A stretch of DNA of 40,292 nt, taken from Cytophagales bacterium (GTDB taxonomy: Bacteria > Bacteroidota > Bacteroidia > Cytophagales > MED-G16). This document shows positions 1 through 8,936 of the stretch, piece after piece. The notes beneath the pieces are model-generated. The model saw nothing but the letters and a program-made list of their open reading frames with translations, did not search any database and was not told where the DNA came from. The position numbers and the translations under genes are program-made. Within the stretch, counting starts at the first letter, position 1. The number at the start of each line of letters is the position of its first letter. Location of the stretch: positions 1 through 40,292 of the forward strand of contig JAPYTU010000003.1 in NCBI GenBank assembly GCA_029940715.1. The letters run 5' to 3'.

Positions 1-15
1 GGAAATTAATTTATC

Positions 16-23
16 TATTTTTG
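16..23 (+). promoter_or_regulatory. Bacteroidota sigma-A -7 promoter element (TATTTTTG)
   Basis: Exact match to TAnnTTTG, 21 nt upstream of the ATG at 45. Confidence 0.6.
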
Positions 24-44
24 CAAGCCTAAAAATAGGTTTTT

Positions 45-178
45 ATGCTATCAGTTTCCAATTTATCCATACAATTTGGTAAGAGAGTTCTTTTTGACGA
101 TGTTAGAGTACTACAATTAACAATGACAACTGCTATGGTATTAGCGGAGCAAATGGTTCCGGAAATATTTCATTTTAA
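45..178 (+). pseudogene. Frameshifted, truncated 5' fragment of an ABC-F family ATPase
   Basis: ATG at 45 gives MLSVSNLSIQFGKRVLFDDV. After a frameshift near 105-107 the sequence reads STTINNDNCYGISGANGSGNISF*, which resembles the Bacteroidota ABC-F start (..NCYGIIGANGAGKSTFLK) with a damaged Walker A. Not in the ORF track. Confidence 0.7.
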
Positions 179-179
179 A

Positions 180-263
180 TTACTTCTTGACACAATCTTC
201 ATCCTTACGAGAAACTAATAACAAAAAAGAAAATAAGAATAAAAAGGTGAATAATCTATTCAT
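180..263 (-). pseudogene. 27-aa ORF resembling a truncated lipoprotein N-terminus (MNRLFTFLFLFSFLLLVSRKDEDCVKK*)
   Basis: ATG overlaps the end of the DUF3089 gene. Hydrophobic signal-like stretch, then VS-R-KDED, where CGT is one base from the lipobox Cys TGT. Ends at the junction with the ABC-F fragment. Confidence 0.4.
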
Positions 264-1434
264 TAAAATAATTAGAAAGTCTATAATTCAAATTTTCTCT
301 AATATTCAACCAGAAAAAATTATAATCAGCGGAATGAAAACTTTCTTTTTCAAAAATTTTGATCCATGGAATAGCAATTTTTTTAATCTGTAGAGATCCT
401 TCTTCCGATTCAACCACTATAGAATTTTCTTTTTTAATTTTTAAATTATTTATAGGCAATTTAAAAACATTATATTTAAAAAATTGAAAAAAACTAGGCA
501 TCAAAATACCTTTATGTTCTGTAATTAAATTAGGTTTATCATCTGAAGAAAAAGTAACAGGATTAGTTGCTATAACATCATCATATAATTCATTATTATA
601 TGGATTAAAATTGTTACCAAATGTATTCCATGACATAAAACAATTCATATCATCAGGGTTTTTACATGGAAAATAATCTTTAAAATTATTTTCAACGGGC
701 ATTCCAACTAAATATGAAAGTATTAGTTTTTCTCTCAGTTCTTTATTTGGTAATATAACTTCTTTAAGTAATCTAATAGCATGAAGTGTTCCCTGACTAT
801 GTGCAGCTAAGATAATTTTTTTATCCTGATTTTCTAATTCAACATATTTTAAAAATGCCCTTTTTAGATCACTATAGGCTAAATTATAAGATTCTTTTGC
901 AAAAGCACGTAGTTTATTATTTTCATAACTAAACAATTTTAAAGAATTATAAAGTGATGAATAAAGCTCATCTTTATATGAATTAAAATTGTTTTTTAAT
1001 TTAGGATCAAAAGCAATTTTATTTAATAATTCATTAGAATTATGATACACTAAACCATCATAAAATAACTGTCTATATAATGGAGCATATACATTAGCTA
1101 TACCAGAAAATACACTCGCTTGATTTTTTATAGCGAGTGTATTAACTCTTTTTATATGATCTAAATCTTCAGTATCTGAATTCCATAAATTACCATTATA
1201 ACCTGAATAATATACTGTCGGATATATGTAAAATACATCTACCTTAGATTTAAAATCTGATGACGAATTAATATAATTCTTGGGAAGGGGCACTTCTTTT
1301 TTAGAAGATGATGCCCAATTATTTTTGTATTTATAATCAGGAGATTTTGGATAACCACTATATGATACTAAATACTTCGTTGACGAACAACTAGAAATAA
1401 TAAATATCGTTAGTAAAAAATAAAAATTTTTCAT
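256..1434 (-). CDS. DUF3089 family alpha/beta-hydrolase lipoprotein
   Basis: Lipobox ISSC, motifs VDVFYIYPT, APLYRQ, nucleophile elbow AHSQG and C-terminal FHSADYNFFW. Confidence 0.85.
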   Translation of the reverse strand: MKNFYFLLTIFIISSCSSTKYLVSYSGYPKSPDYKYKNNWASSSKKEVPLPKNYINSSSDFKSKVDVFYIYPTVYYSGYNGNLWNSDTEDLDHIKRVNTLAIKNQASVFSGIANVYAPLYRQLFYDGLVYHNSNELLNKIAFDPKLKNNFNSYKDELYSSLYNSLKLFSYENNKLRAFAKESYNLAYSDLKRAFLKYVELENQDKKIILAAHSQGTLHAIRLLKEVILPNKELREKLILSYLVGMPVENNFKDYFPCKNPDDMNCFMSWNTFGNNFNPYNNELYDDVIATNPVTFSSDDKPNLITEHKGILMPSFFQFFKYNVFKLPINNLKIKKENSIVVESEEGSLQIKKIAIPWIKIFEKESFHSADYNFFWLNIRENLNYRLSNYFNE

Positions 1435-1472
1435 TGTAAATGATTAAATTGATTCAATATTTTATCTTAAAA

Positions 1473-2639
1473 ATGAACACATTAAAAATAACATTTATAA
1501 CATTATTTTTTGTACTTTTTAGTGGAAATATTATTTCAAATGATAAATCCAATAAACCAAGAAAACTTTTCTTTCCAAATATTGATGGATACCAAACACT
1601 TATTTCAGATTTACACCAACACACAATTTTTTCTGATGGTTTAGTATGGCCAACTATTCGTGTGGATGAAGCAATATACGATGGAGTAGATGTAATATCA
1701 ATGACAGAGCATTTAGAGTATCAACCCCATAGAGAAGATATTCCAAATAAAGACAGAAATAGAGCATACCACTTAACAAAAAGCTATGCTGATAATTTAA
1801 ATAAAAGAAAAAAAGACGATAAAGAACTAATAGTTATAAATGGTCAAGAAATTACAAAAAGCATGCCTCCAGGACATATAAATGCTGTTTTTATAAATGA
1901 AGCAAATAATTTATTACATAAAGATTCACTTACTGGAATCTTAGAAGCAAATAAACAAGGTGCATTTCTATTTTGGAATCATCCAGCATGGCCAGCTCAA
2001 AGAAGTGATGGAATTGCAAGATTAGATGACTATCATAAATACTTAATATCAAACAAATATTTACATGGAATTGAAGTGGTTAATGAGCTAGATTACTCAG
2101 AAGAAGCTTTTCAAATTGCCATTGATAATAATTTAACAATAATGGGAACTTCTGACATTCACGGACTGATAGATTGGATGTTCAAAATTCCTAAGTATGG
2201 TCACAGGCCTGTAACTTTAATATTTTCAAAATCCAAAAAATTAGAAGATATAAAAAATGCTCTTTTCAATGGAAGAACGGTTATTTATTACAATGATTTA
2301 CTCATTGGTAAAAGTATAAATCTAAAACCACTCATTGAAAAAAGTCTAGAAATATCCATAAAAGGGGAAGTAAATCAAGGTTACTCTGAAGATGGAGAAA
2401 GCTCAATTGTTAATATTGAAATTAAAAATCATTCGAGTGCAGATATTATTTTAGAAAATAATTCTGATTATACATTTGAAAATAATGCTGATATATTTAC
2501 AATAAAAGGGTTAAACTCTATAATTCTTAAAACTAAAGTAGGTAAAAGAAAAATTGAAGATCATTTAAATTTTAAAGTTTTAAATGGAATAATAGCACCA
2601 AAAGAATATCTTAAGATAAAACTAGCAACAGGTACTTAA
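1473..2639 (+). CDS. Secreted PHP-domain phosphoesterase (Sb-PDE-like)
   Basis: DLHQHTIFSDG, TEH, WNHP and SDIH metal-binding motifs. The signal peptide fits a start at M12 (1473) better than 1440. Confidence 0.85.
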   Translation: MNTLKITFITLFFVLFSGNIISNDKSNKPRKLFFPNIDGYQTLISDLHQHTIFSDGLVWPTIRVDEAIYDGVDVISMTEHLEYQPHREDIPNKDRNRAYHLTKSYADNLNKRKKDDKELIVINGQEITKSMPPGHINAVFINEANNLLHKDSLTGILEANKQGAFLFWNHPAWPAQRSDGIARLDDYHKYLISNKYLHGIEVVNELDYSEEAFQIAIDNNLTIMGTSDIHGLIDWMFKIPKYGHRPVTLIFSKSKKLEDIKNALFNGRTVIYYNDLLIGKSINLKPLIEKSLEISIKGEVNQGYSEDGESSIVNIEIKNHSSADIILENNSDYTFENNADIFTIKGLNSIILKTKVGKRKIEDHLNFKVLNGIIAPKEYLKIKLATGT

Positions 2640-2642
2640 ATA

Positions 2643-3557
2643 ATGAATCTTAATGTAAAAAATGAAACAGATACATTGGTATCTGTTGTATTAGGAATAG
2701 CAGAGAATTTAGGCCCCAAACCAACAATAGAAAATTGTATTGATCCAAAAACAAAATTTCATATATTAAACAATACATACCCAAAAGAAGATGACTGCAT
2801 AAAAGAAATTGAAAATTTTAAAAACGTATTAAAAAAACATAATATTAACGTTTTAAGGCCTAAGAATAACATCCAAGCTCTAAATCAAATTTTTACAAGA
2901 GACATATCTTTTGTTGTTGAAAATAAATTATTTATACCTGAAATAATTAAAGAAAGAAATAATGAAAAAAATGGAATAAATTCAATAATTGATAATCTTA
3001 GAAATGATCAAAAAATAATTATACCAAAACATATCAAAATTGAAGGAGGAGACATAATACTTAATGATGAATTCATTTTTATTGGATATACTGAAAATAA
3101 TAAATATGTTAATTTAAAAGTATCTAGAACGAATAAAGAATCCCTTGACTACATACAAGAGCAATTTCCAGATAAAACAATAATTGGTATTAAATTGATA
3201 AAAAATGATAAAGACCCTAAAAATAATATATTACATCTTGACTGTACAATGCAACCAATTGGTAATAAAAAAATAATCATATATGAAAATGGCATTTATG
3301 ATAAAAAAGATAGAGATACAATATATGAGATCTATGGAGAAAAGAATTTAGTAAAAATAAATCAAGAAGAAATGTATGAGGGGTGTTCAAATATTTTTTC
3401 AATCAATAAAAAAACTATCGTTTCTGATACAACATTTACTAGACTAAATGAGGAGCTTGAAAGACTAAATTTTTTAATTGAAAAAGTAAATTATAGAGAA
3501 ATATCAAAATTTGGAGGATTATTTAGATGTAGTACTTTACCATTAGAAAGAAAGTAA
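2643..3557 (+). CDS. Arginine deiminase / dimethylargininase (amidinotransferase superfamily) protein
   Basis: FTRD, EGGD, LHLDC and GGLFRC catalytic motifs all intact. Confidence 0.9.
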   Translation: MNLNVKNETDTLVSVVLGIAENLGPKPTIENCIDPKTKFHILNNTYPKEDDCIKEIENFKNVLKKHNINVLRPKNNIQALNQIFTRDISFVVENKLFIPEIIKERNNEKNGINSIIDNLRNDQKIIIPKHIKIEGGDIILNDEFIFIGYTENNKYVNLKVSRTNKESLDYIQEQFPDKTIIGIKLIKNDKDPKNNILHLDCTMQPIGNKKIIIYENGIYDKKDRDTIYEIYGEKNLVKINQEEMYEGCSNIFSINKKTIVSDTTFTRLNEELERLNFLIEKVNYREISKFGGLFRCSTLPLERK

Positions 3558-3603
3558 TAAATCTACCTAAAATATCATTAAATTAATATAATTTAATATA
3601 TTG

Positions 3604-3627
3604 CAGGATACATTATAGGATACATAA
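3604..3627 (+). repeat. Left copy of a 24-bp direct repeat, CAGGATACATTATAGGATACATAA (tandem AGGATACAT, period 12)
   Basis: 23/24 identical to 4786-4809. Ends immediately before the integrase ATG. Confidence 0.95.
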
Positions 3628-4797
3628 ATGAAAATTCAAATTTGGAGAAGAAAAAATAAAGAAAAAGAAAAATATAATTTATACATCAGATACAGACTAA
3701 GTCAGATAAAAGCAAAAGTTGAAAGCTTAAAATTATGGGAGTGGATTTCACCTAACAATATTAGCCAAAAAGAACATAATTTAAATGTCAAAAGAGCATA
3801 TGAGGAAATTCTTAGGAGAAAAAAAGACGATCTTGAAAATAATAGAAGTAAAATAGATTTTAACAGCAAACAGTCAGATGAATTTGAATTTATTTTTAAA
3901 AAATATTCAAAAATTAAAAATTATAATGCTGTATTTAATTTTCTAAAAAAAATTGACTATAACATAGAAAAGAAAAAAATAAATTCAATCAACAAAACTT
4001 ATTTGAATCAATTAAAATATAAAATAGAAAATAAAATCAAAAATAATAATATAAAAGGAACTACATCTGCAAAATATTGGAATAATTTTAAAAGTGTACT
4101 AATACATTTAAATGATAACGGTATTTGTGACTACCCAAGAGTTGGAGGAATTACTTATAAAAAAGAAAACTCTAAAATTTATACCTTTAATAGTGAAGAA
4201 ATAAAAAAACTTAGAAAATCTACTCCAGAAAAATGGAAAGACTTAAAAAAAGCATTTTTCTTTTCATATAACACGGGACTAAAAATAGGTAAGATTGTAA
4301 AATTAAAATGGAAAAATTTATATAAAACAAATAATGATAAAAAAACAATACATTATTTTAAAATCAATAATAATAATGAGACATTAACAAACTCATTACC
4401 AAAAAATATTAGAAAAATGATTGGAAAAAGAAAATCTAATAATGAATTGGTATTCACATTACCAGAAAAACAATCAAATAGATCAAAAATATTTAGAGAG
4501 TGGTTGAATAAATTAAATATCAATGAAAAGAAAAAATTTAATGATGGAGTAAATAATTATGCAAAAAATTTATATGATAAAACAAAAAATATTTACAAAG
4601 TAGCTTCAGCATTAGGACACAATTCTATCAACAAAACAAAAGAAATTTATAACTATATGGAAAATTATGATTTTCTAGAAAATGAAAATATTATAATAGA
4701 AAATTTAGAAGAAAATATAAATCAAACTAAAAGTAAATCTCTATTTAAAAAAGGTAATCTATTAAGTTATAGAATAAAAAAAAATCAGGATACATGA
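3628..4797 (+). CDS. Tyrosine recombinase/integrase-like protein, catalytic residues degenerate
   Basis: Bacteroidota-type arm-binding-like N-terminus (NLYIRY..ESLKLW) and SAM-like middle region. Box I reads FFFSYNTGLK (R to K), box II reads FNDGVNNYA (HxxR lost), while LGH...T..IY is retained. Confidence 0.85.
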   Translation: MKIQIWRRKNKEKEKYNLYIRYRLSQIKAKVESLKLWEWISPNNISQKEHNLNVKRAYEEILRRKKDDLENNRSKIDFNSKQSDEFEFIFKKYSKIKNYNAVFNFLKKIDYNIEKKKINSINKTYLNQLKYKIENKIKNNNIKGTTSAKYWNNFKSVLIHLNDNGICDYPRVGGITYKKENSKIYTFNSEEIKKLRKSTPEKWKDLKKAFFFSYNTGLKIGKIVKLKWKNLYKTNNDKKTIHYFKINNNNETLTNSLPKNIRKMIGKRKSNNELVFTLPEKQSNRSKIFREWLNKLNINEKKKFNDGVNNYAKNLYDKTKNIYKVASALGHNSINKTKEIYNYMENYDFLENENIIIENLEENINQTKSKSLFKKGNLLSYRIKKNQDT

Positions 4798-4809
4798 TAG
4801 GATACATAA
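4786..4809 (+). repeat. Right copy of the 24-bp direct repeat, CAGGATACATGATAGGATACATAA
   Basis: The single mismatch to the left copy (T to G at 4796) creates the integrase TGA stop at 4795-4797. Confidence 0.95.
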
Positions 4810-4869
4810 TAAGAAAATATAGATTAAATTGATAATAAAGTAATAAATAATAATAGAAAAATAATAAAA

Positions 4870-5811
4870 ATGAACTTTTCACAAATCACATCAAGTTTAA
4901 TAATGGTTAAACCTAAACACTTTAACTATAACAAAGAGACAGCAAATAATAACCATTTTCAAAAAGAAGAAAAAATCTTAAATAAAAATGAGATTCAACT
5001 AAAAGCAATTGAAGAATTTGAAAAAATGGTTGAAATAATTAGAAAAGAAAAAATTGAAATTCATGTTTTTAATGATAGAGATAATATAAAGACAACAGAT
5101 AGTATTTTTCCAAATAATTGGATAACTCTACATGAAGATGGAACGGTCATAATATATCCGATGTTCTCAAAAAATAGAAGAAAGGAAAAAAGAAAAGATT
5201 TAACAGAAAAATTGAAAAATAAAGGATATAATATTAACAAAATTATTGACTTATCAAGTTATGAAAAGAAAAAACAATATCTTGAAGGTACTGGAAGCAT
5301 GATACTTGATAGAAAAAACAAAATATGTTATGCCGCATTATCTAAAAGAACAAATGAAATTGTCTTAAATCAACTCTGTAAACTTATAAATTACAAACTT
5401 TTAAAATTTAAAGCATACCAATCTTATAAAAATAAAAGAAAATTAATATATCACACAAATGTTATGATGTGTTTAGCTGATGAATATGCAATAATATGCT
5501 TAGAAAGTATTGATGATGAAAGTGAAAAAAAATTACTAATTAAAAGTCTAAATAATACCAAAAAACAAATAATTGAAATTTCCGAAGGGCAATGCAAAAA
5601 TTTTGTGGGAAATATGCTTCAAGTAAAAAATAAAAAAAATAACAAATACTTAATTATGAGTGAAACAGCTAATAAAAGTCTCAATTTATCTCAAAAAAAA
5701 TCACTTGAAAAATACAATAAATTATTATACAGTAACATAAAATTAATAGAAAAAATAGGAGGGGGTGGGGCAAGATGCATGATTGCAGAAAACTTTTTAC
5801 AAAAAGAATAA
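4870..5811 (+). CDS. ctlX: Citrulline utilization hydrolase CtlX (amidinotransferase family)
   Basis: MVKP..F.YN.ETA.NN.FQ, DSIFPNNW, LEGTGS, YHTNV and GGGARCM motifs. Confidence 0.85.
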   Translation: MNFSQITSSLIMVKPKHFNYNKETANNNHFQKEEKILNKNEIQLKAIEEFEKMVEIIRKEKIEIHVFNDRDNIKTTDSIFPNNWITLHEDGTVIIYPMFSKNRRKEKRKDLTEKLKNKGYNINKIIDLSSYEKKKQYLEGTGSMILDRKNKICYAALSKRTNEIVLNQLCKLINYKLLKFKAYQSYKNKRKLIYHTNVMMCLADEYAIICLESIDDESEKKLLIKSLNNTKKQIIEISEGQCKNFVGNMLQVKNKKNNKYLIMSETANKSLNLSQKKSLEKYNKLLYSNIKLIEKIGGGGARCMIAENFLQKE

Positions 5812-5836
5812 AAGATGTAAATTGTAAAAAAAATAA

Positions 5837-6223
5837 ATGAGAAAAAAAGCAATTCTAACAAAAAAAGCTCCTTTACCAATTGGGCCATACAATCAAGCAA
5901 TACAATTTGATAGTTTACTATTTATTTCAGGTCAAATACCACTTAATCCAAAAAACGGAAAATTAATTTCATCAGGAATAAAAGAAGAAACAAATAAAGT
6001 CATGACTAATATCCAATATATTCTCGAAGAAGCAAAAATGAATTTTAATAATGTTGTAAAGACTACAATCTTCCTAAAAGACATGAATGACTTTGTTGAA
6101 GTTAATACTGAATATGCAAAGTTTTTTGAAAATTGTATTCCACCAGCTAGAGAAACTGTACAAGTATCACAATTACCAAAAAATGTAAATATTGAAATTT
6201 CTTGTATAGCAATTAAAGACTAA
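5837..6223 (+). CDS. ridA: RidA family reactive intermediate/imine deaminase
   Basis: APLPIGPYNQA, SGQIP and PPARETVQVSQLP..VNIEI. Confidence 0.9.
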   Translation: MRKKAILTKKAPLPIGPYNQAIQFDSLLFISGQIPLNPKNGKLISSGIKEETNKVMTNIQYILEEAKMNFNNVVKTTIFLKDMNDFVEVNTEYAKFFENCIPPARETVQVSQLPKNVNIEISCIAIKD

Positions 6224-7747
6224 ATGTCAGATAATATTAGATTAAGGTTTGCACCAAGCCCAACAGGACCTCTACATATAGGAGGTCTAAGAACCGCATT
6301 ATATAATTACTTGATCTCAAAAAAATCAAAAGGAAAATTTATACTTAGAATTGAAGATACAGACCTAAAAAGGTATAATAAAAAGGCAGAAAAACACATT
6401 TTAGATTCGCTTAAATGGTGCGGAATATCACCTGATGAAAGTCCAGAAAAACCTGGAAATTATGGCCCATACAGACAATCTGAAAGAAAAAACATATACA
6501 AAAAATTTATTGCCATACTCATAAAATCAGGAAACGCTTATTTTGCTTTTGATAAAAAAGAAAAATTAGAAGAAAAGAGAAAAAAGTGTGAAAAAAATGG
6601 AGAAACATTTATTTATAATTGGCACAATAGATTAAAATTTAACAATTCTTTATCTATCAGAAATGAAAAAACTAAAAAACTAACTCAGAATAATAATTAT
6701 GTTGTCAGATTTAAAACAGTTCATTCTGGTAAGAGTAAAAATATGATAACAGTTAATGATGAAATAAGAGGAAAAATACAAGTTGATCTAAATAATTTAG
6801 ATGACAAAATAATATGTAAAAGTGATGGAATGCCAACGTATCATCTAGCTAATGTAGTAGATGATTACCTAATGAAAATTACTCACGTAATAAGAGGTGA
6901 AGAATGGTTGCCTTCATTAGCATTACACTGTCAACTATATAATGCTTTTGGATGGGAAAAACCAAAATTTGCTCATCTCCCATTAATACTCAAACCTACA
7001 GGAACTGGAAAATTAAGTAAGAGAGATGGAGAAAAATACGGATTTCCAGTTTACCCTATAAAATGGAAAGATGAATCAAAAAAATCTGAAATTAAAGGAT
7101 TTAAAGAATTAGGATATGAATCAAAAGCATTAATAAATTTTATATGTTTTATAGGTTGGAATCCAGGAAATGAAAATGAAATTTTATCTCTAAATGAATT
7201 AATAGAAAATTTTTCAATAAATAGAATAATTAAATCTGGCGCTAAATATGATATAGAAAAAGCAAAATGGTTTAACCAATCATATGTAAGAAAATTACCT
7301 AATAAAACTTTTAAAATTATTCTAGAAAATAAAATTAATATTTCCCAGCTAAACAGCGAAAGAATTAATAAAATAATTGAACTTTTGAAAGAAAGATTAA
7401 CCTTTAAAAACGATATATTAATTGAATCAAATAATATTTTAGAAGAACCCAAAAATTTAGATAAAAATTTTATTAATAAAGAATGGTCAAAAGATTTAAA
7501 TAATGTAATAATAGAATTAAATAGATATATTAAAGAAAATCATCTTATAAAACCTGAAAAAATAAAAGATTATTATTTAAATCAGTTAAAAAATAATAAT
7601 ATAAAAATTGGAATAGGTATGCAAGCATTAAGATTATGCATAATAGGAAAAATTAGTGGTCCAGATCTATTTATAATAATTGAAATATTAGGAAATTCTA
7701 AAATAAATAAAAGAATATCAAAAACACTAAACAAGATCAATGATTAA
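6224..7747 (+). CDS. gltX: Glutamate--tRNA ligase
   Basis: RFAPSPTGPLHIGG, RIEDTD and KLSKR. Confidence 0.97.
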   Translation: MSDNIRLRFAPSPTGPLHIGGLRTALYNYLISKKSKGKFILRIEDTDLKRYNKKAEKHILDSLKWCGISPDESPEKPGNYGPYRQSERKNIYKKFIAILIKSGNAYFAFDKKEKLEEKRKKCEKNGETFIYNWHNRLKFNNSLSIRNEKTKKLTQNNNYVVRFKTVHSGKSKNMITVNDEIRGKIQVDLNNLDDKIICKSDGMPTYHLANVVDDYLMKITHVIRGEEWLPSLALHCQLYNAFGWEKPKFAHLPLILKPTGTGKLSKRDGEKYGFPVYPIKWKDESKKSEIKGFKELGYESKALINFICFIGWNPGNENEILSLNELIENFSINRIIKSGAKYDIEKAKWFNQSYVRKLPNKTFKIILENKINISQLNSERINKIIELLKERLTFKNDILIESNNILEEPKNLDKNFINKEWSKDLNNVIIELNRYIKENHLIKPEKIKDYYLNQLKNNNIKIGIGMQALRLCIIGKISGPDLFIIIEILGNSKINKRISKTLNKIND

Positions 7748-8936
7748 AATTGGTATAATTAAAGAAAATAAAATTCCAACTGATAATAGGGCTCCTCTAA
7801 CTCCAAAACAGGCCAAAAAAATTCAAAATAATGGAATAGACATAGTTTGTCAAACTAGCGATATAAGATGCTTTTCTGATATAGAATACAAAAAATATAA
7901 TATCAAAATTGTTGATAATCTAGATGATCGCGATATCATTTTTGGAATTAAAGAAGTTCCAATAAAAAATTTGATAAAAAATAAAACTTATTTTTTCTTT
8001 TCACACACTATTAAAAAACAACCTCAAAATGAGAAATTGCTTAAAGAAGGCATTAAAAAAAAGATAAAACTTATAGATTATGAATGTTTAATAGAAAACA
8101 ATTTACGAATTATTGCTTTTGGAAAATATGCTGGTATCGTTGGATCATATAATTCATTACTTGCATATGGAATAAAAACAAAAAAATTTTATTTAAAAAG
8201 TCTATCTAAATTCAAAGACTATAAAAATTTAAAAAATAAAATTAAAAATATTAAAATAAATGAAGCTTTTAAAATTTTAATTATAGGTAATGGTAAAGTA
8301 GCAAATGGAGCAACAGAACTGCTCGATTTATTAAAAATAAAAAAAATAAATACATCAAATTATATTAATAAGGAATATTCATACCCTGTATATTGTCAAC
8401 TTGAAGTCACTGATTATATGAAAAACCCCGATGACACTAGCTTTGTTGAGAACGAATATTTTAATAATCCAAAACTATTTAAGTCAAATTTTTATAAATA
8501 TAGTAAAGCAACAGATATTTTAATTAATGCAGCCTACTGGGATCCTAAATCACCAAAATTATTTGAAGAAGACTTTATAATGAATAAAAATTTTAAAACT
8601 AGAGTTATTGGAGATATAAGTTGTGATATAAATGGAGCCATACCATGCACAAAAAAGGCTTCTACAATAAAAGACCCATTTTATGATTACAATTCAAAAA
8701 CAAAAAATATAGAAAAAGCTTTTAACAACAAAAGTAATATCACTATTATGGCTGTTGATAACTTGCCATCCGAACTCCCAAAAGATTCTTCCAAATTTTT
8801 TGGAGAAATTATTATCAAAAAAATAATTCCTCTAATTGCATCTGCAAAAAGATCAAGTATTATTGAAAATGCTACAATAATAAAAAATGGTCAGTTAACC
8901 CCTAAATATGATTATTTAACGGACTATATTAAATGA
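7740..8936 (+). CDS. Saccharopine dehydrogenase / lysine-ketoglutarate reductase-like NAD(P)-dependent oxidoreductase (AlaDh/PNT fold)
   Basis: GIIKE..P.D.RAPLTP, GIKEVP, FFSHTIKKQ, DISCD and MAVDNLPSELP. Confidence 0.85.
   Translation: MIKIGIIKENKIPTDNRAPLTPKQAKKIQNNGIDIVCQTSDIRCFSDIEYKKYNIKIVDNLDDRDIIFGIKEVPIKNLIKNKTYFFFSHTIKKQPQNEKLLKEGIKKKIKLIDYECLIENNLRIIAFGKYAGIVGSYNSLLAYGIKTKKFYLKSLSKFKDYKNLKNKIKNIKINEAFKILIIGNGKVANGATELLDLLKIKKINTSNYINKEYSYPVYCQLEVTDYMKNPDDTSFVENEYFNNPKLFKSNFYKYSKATDILINAAYWDPKSPKLFEEDFIMNKNFKTRVIGDISCDINGAIPCTKKASTIKDPFYDYNSKTKNIEKAFNNKSNITIMAVDNLPSELPKDSSKFFGEIIIKKIIPLIASAKRSSIIENATIIKNGQLTPKYDYLTDYIK

Larger units (their letters stand above)
3604..4809 (+). mobile_element. 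Minimal integrase-only element or domesticated remnant bounded by direct repeats
   Basis: A single integrase-like gene exactly bracketed by 24-bp direct repeats, between two amidinotransferase-family genes. Confidence 0.55.

Noticed and set aside
187-393. 68-aa plus-strand ORF
   Set aside because: TTG start, mostly antisense to the DUF3089 gene, low-complexity shadow ORF.
1440-1472. Longer start for the PHP gene at 1440
   Set aside because: It would leave only 5 bp between divergent genes. The Met at 1473 gives a normal signal peptide.
3604-4809. AGGATACAT repeats as a CRISPR array or IS terminal repeats
   Set aside because: Only two direct copies about 1.2 kb apart, with no spacers, no cas genes, no inverted orientation and no DDE transposase.
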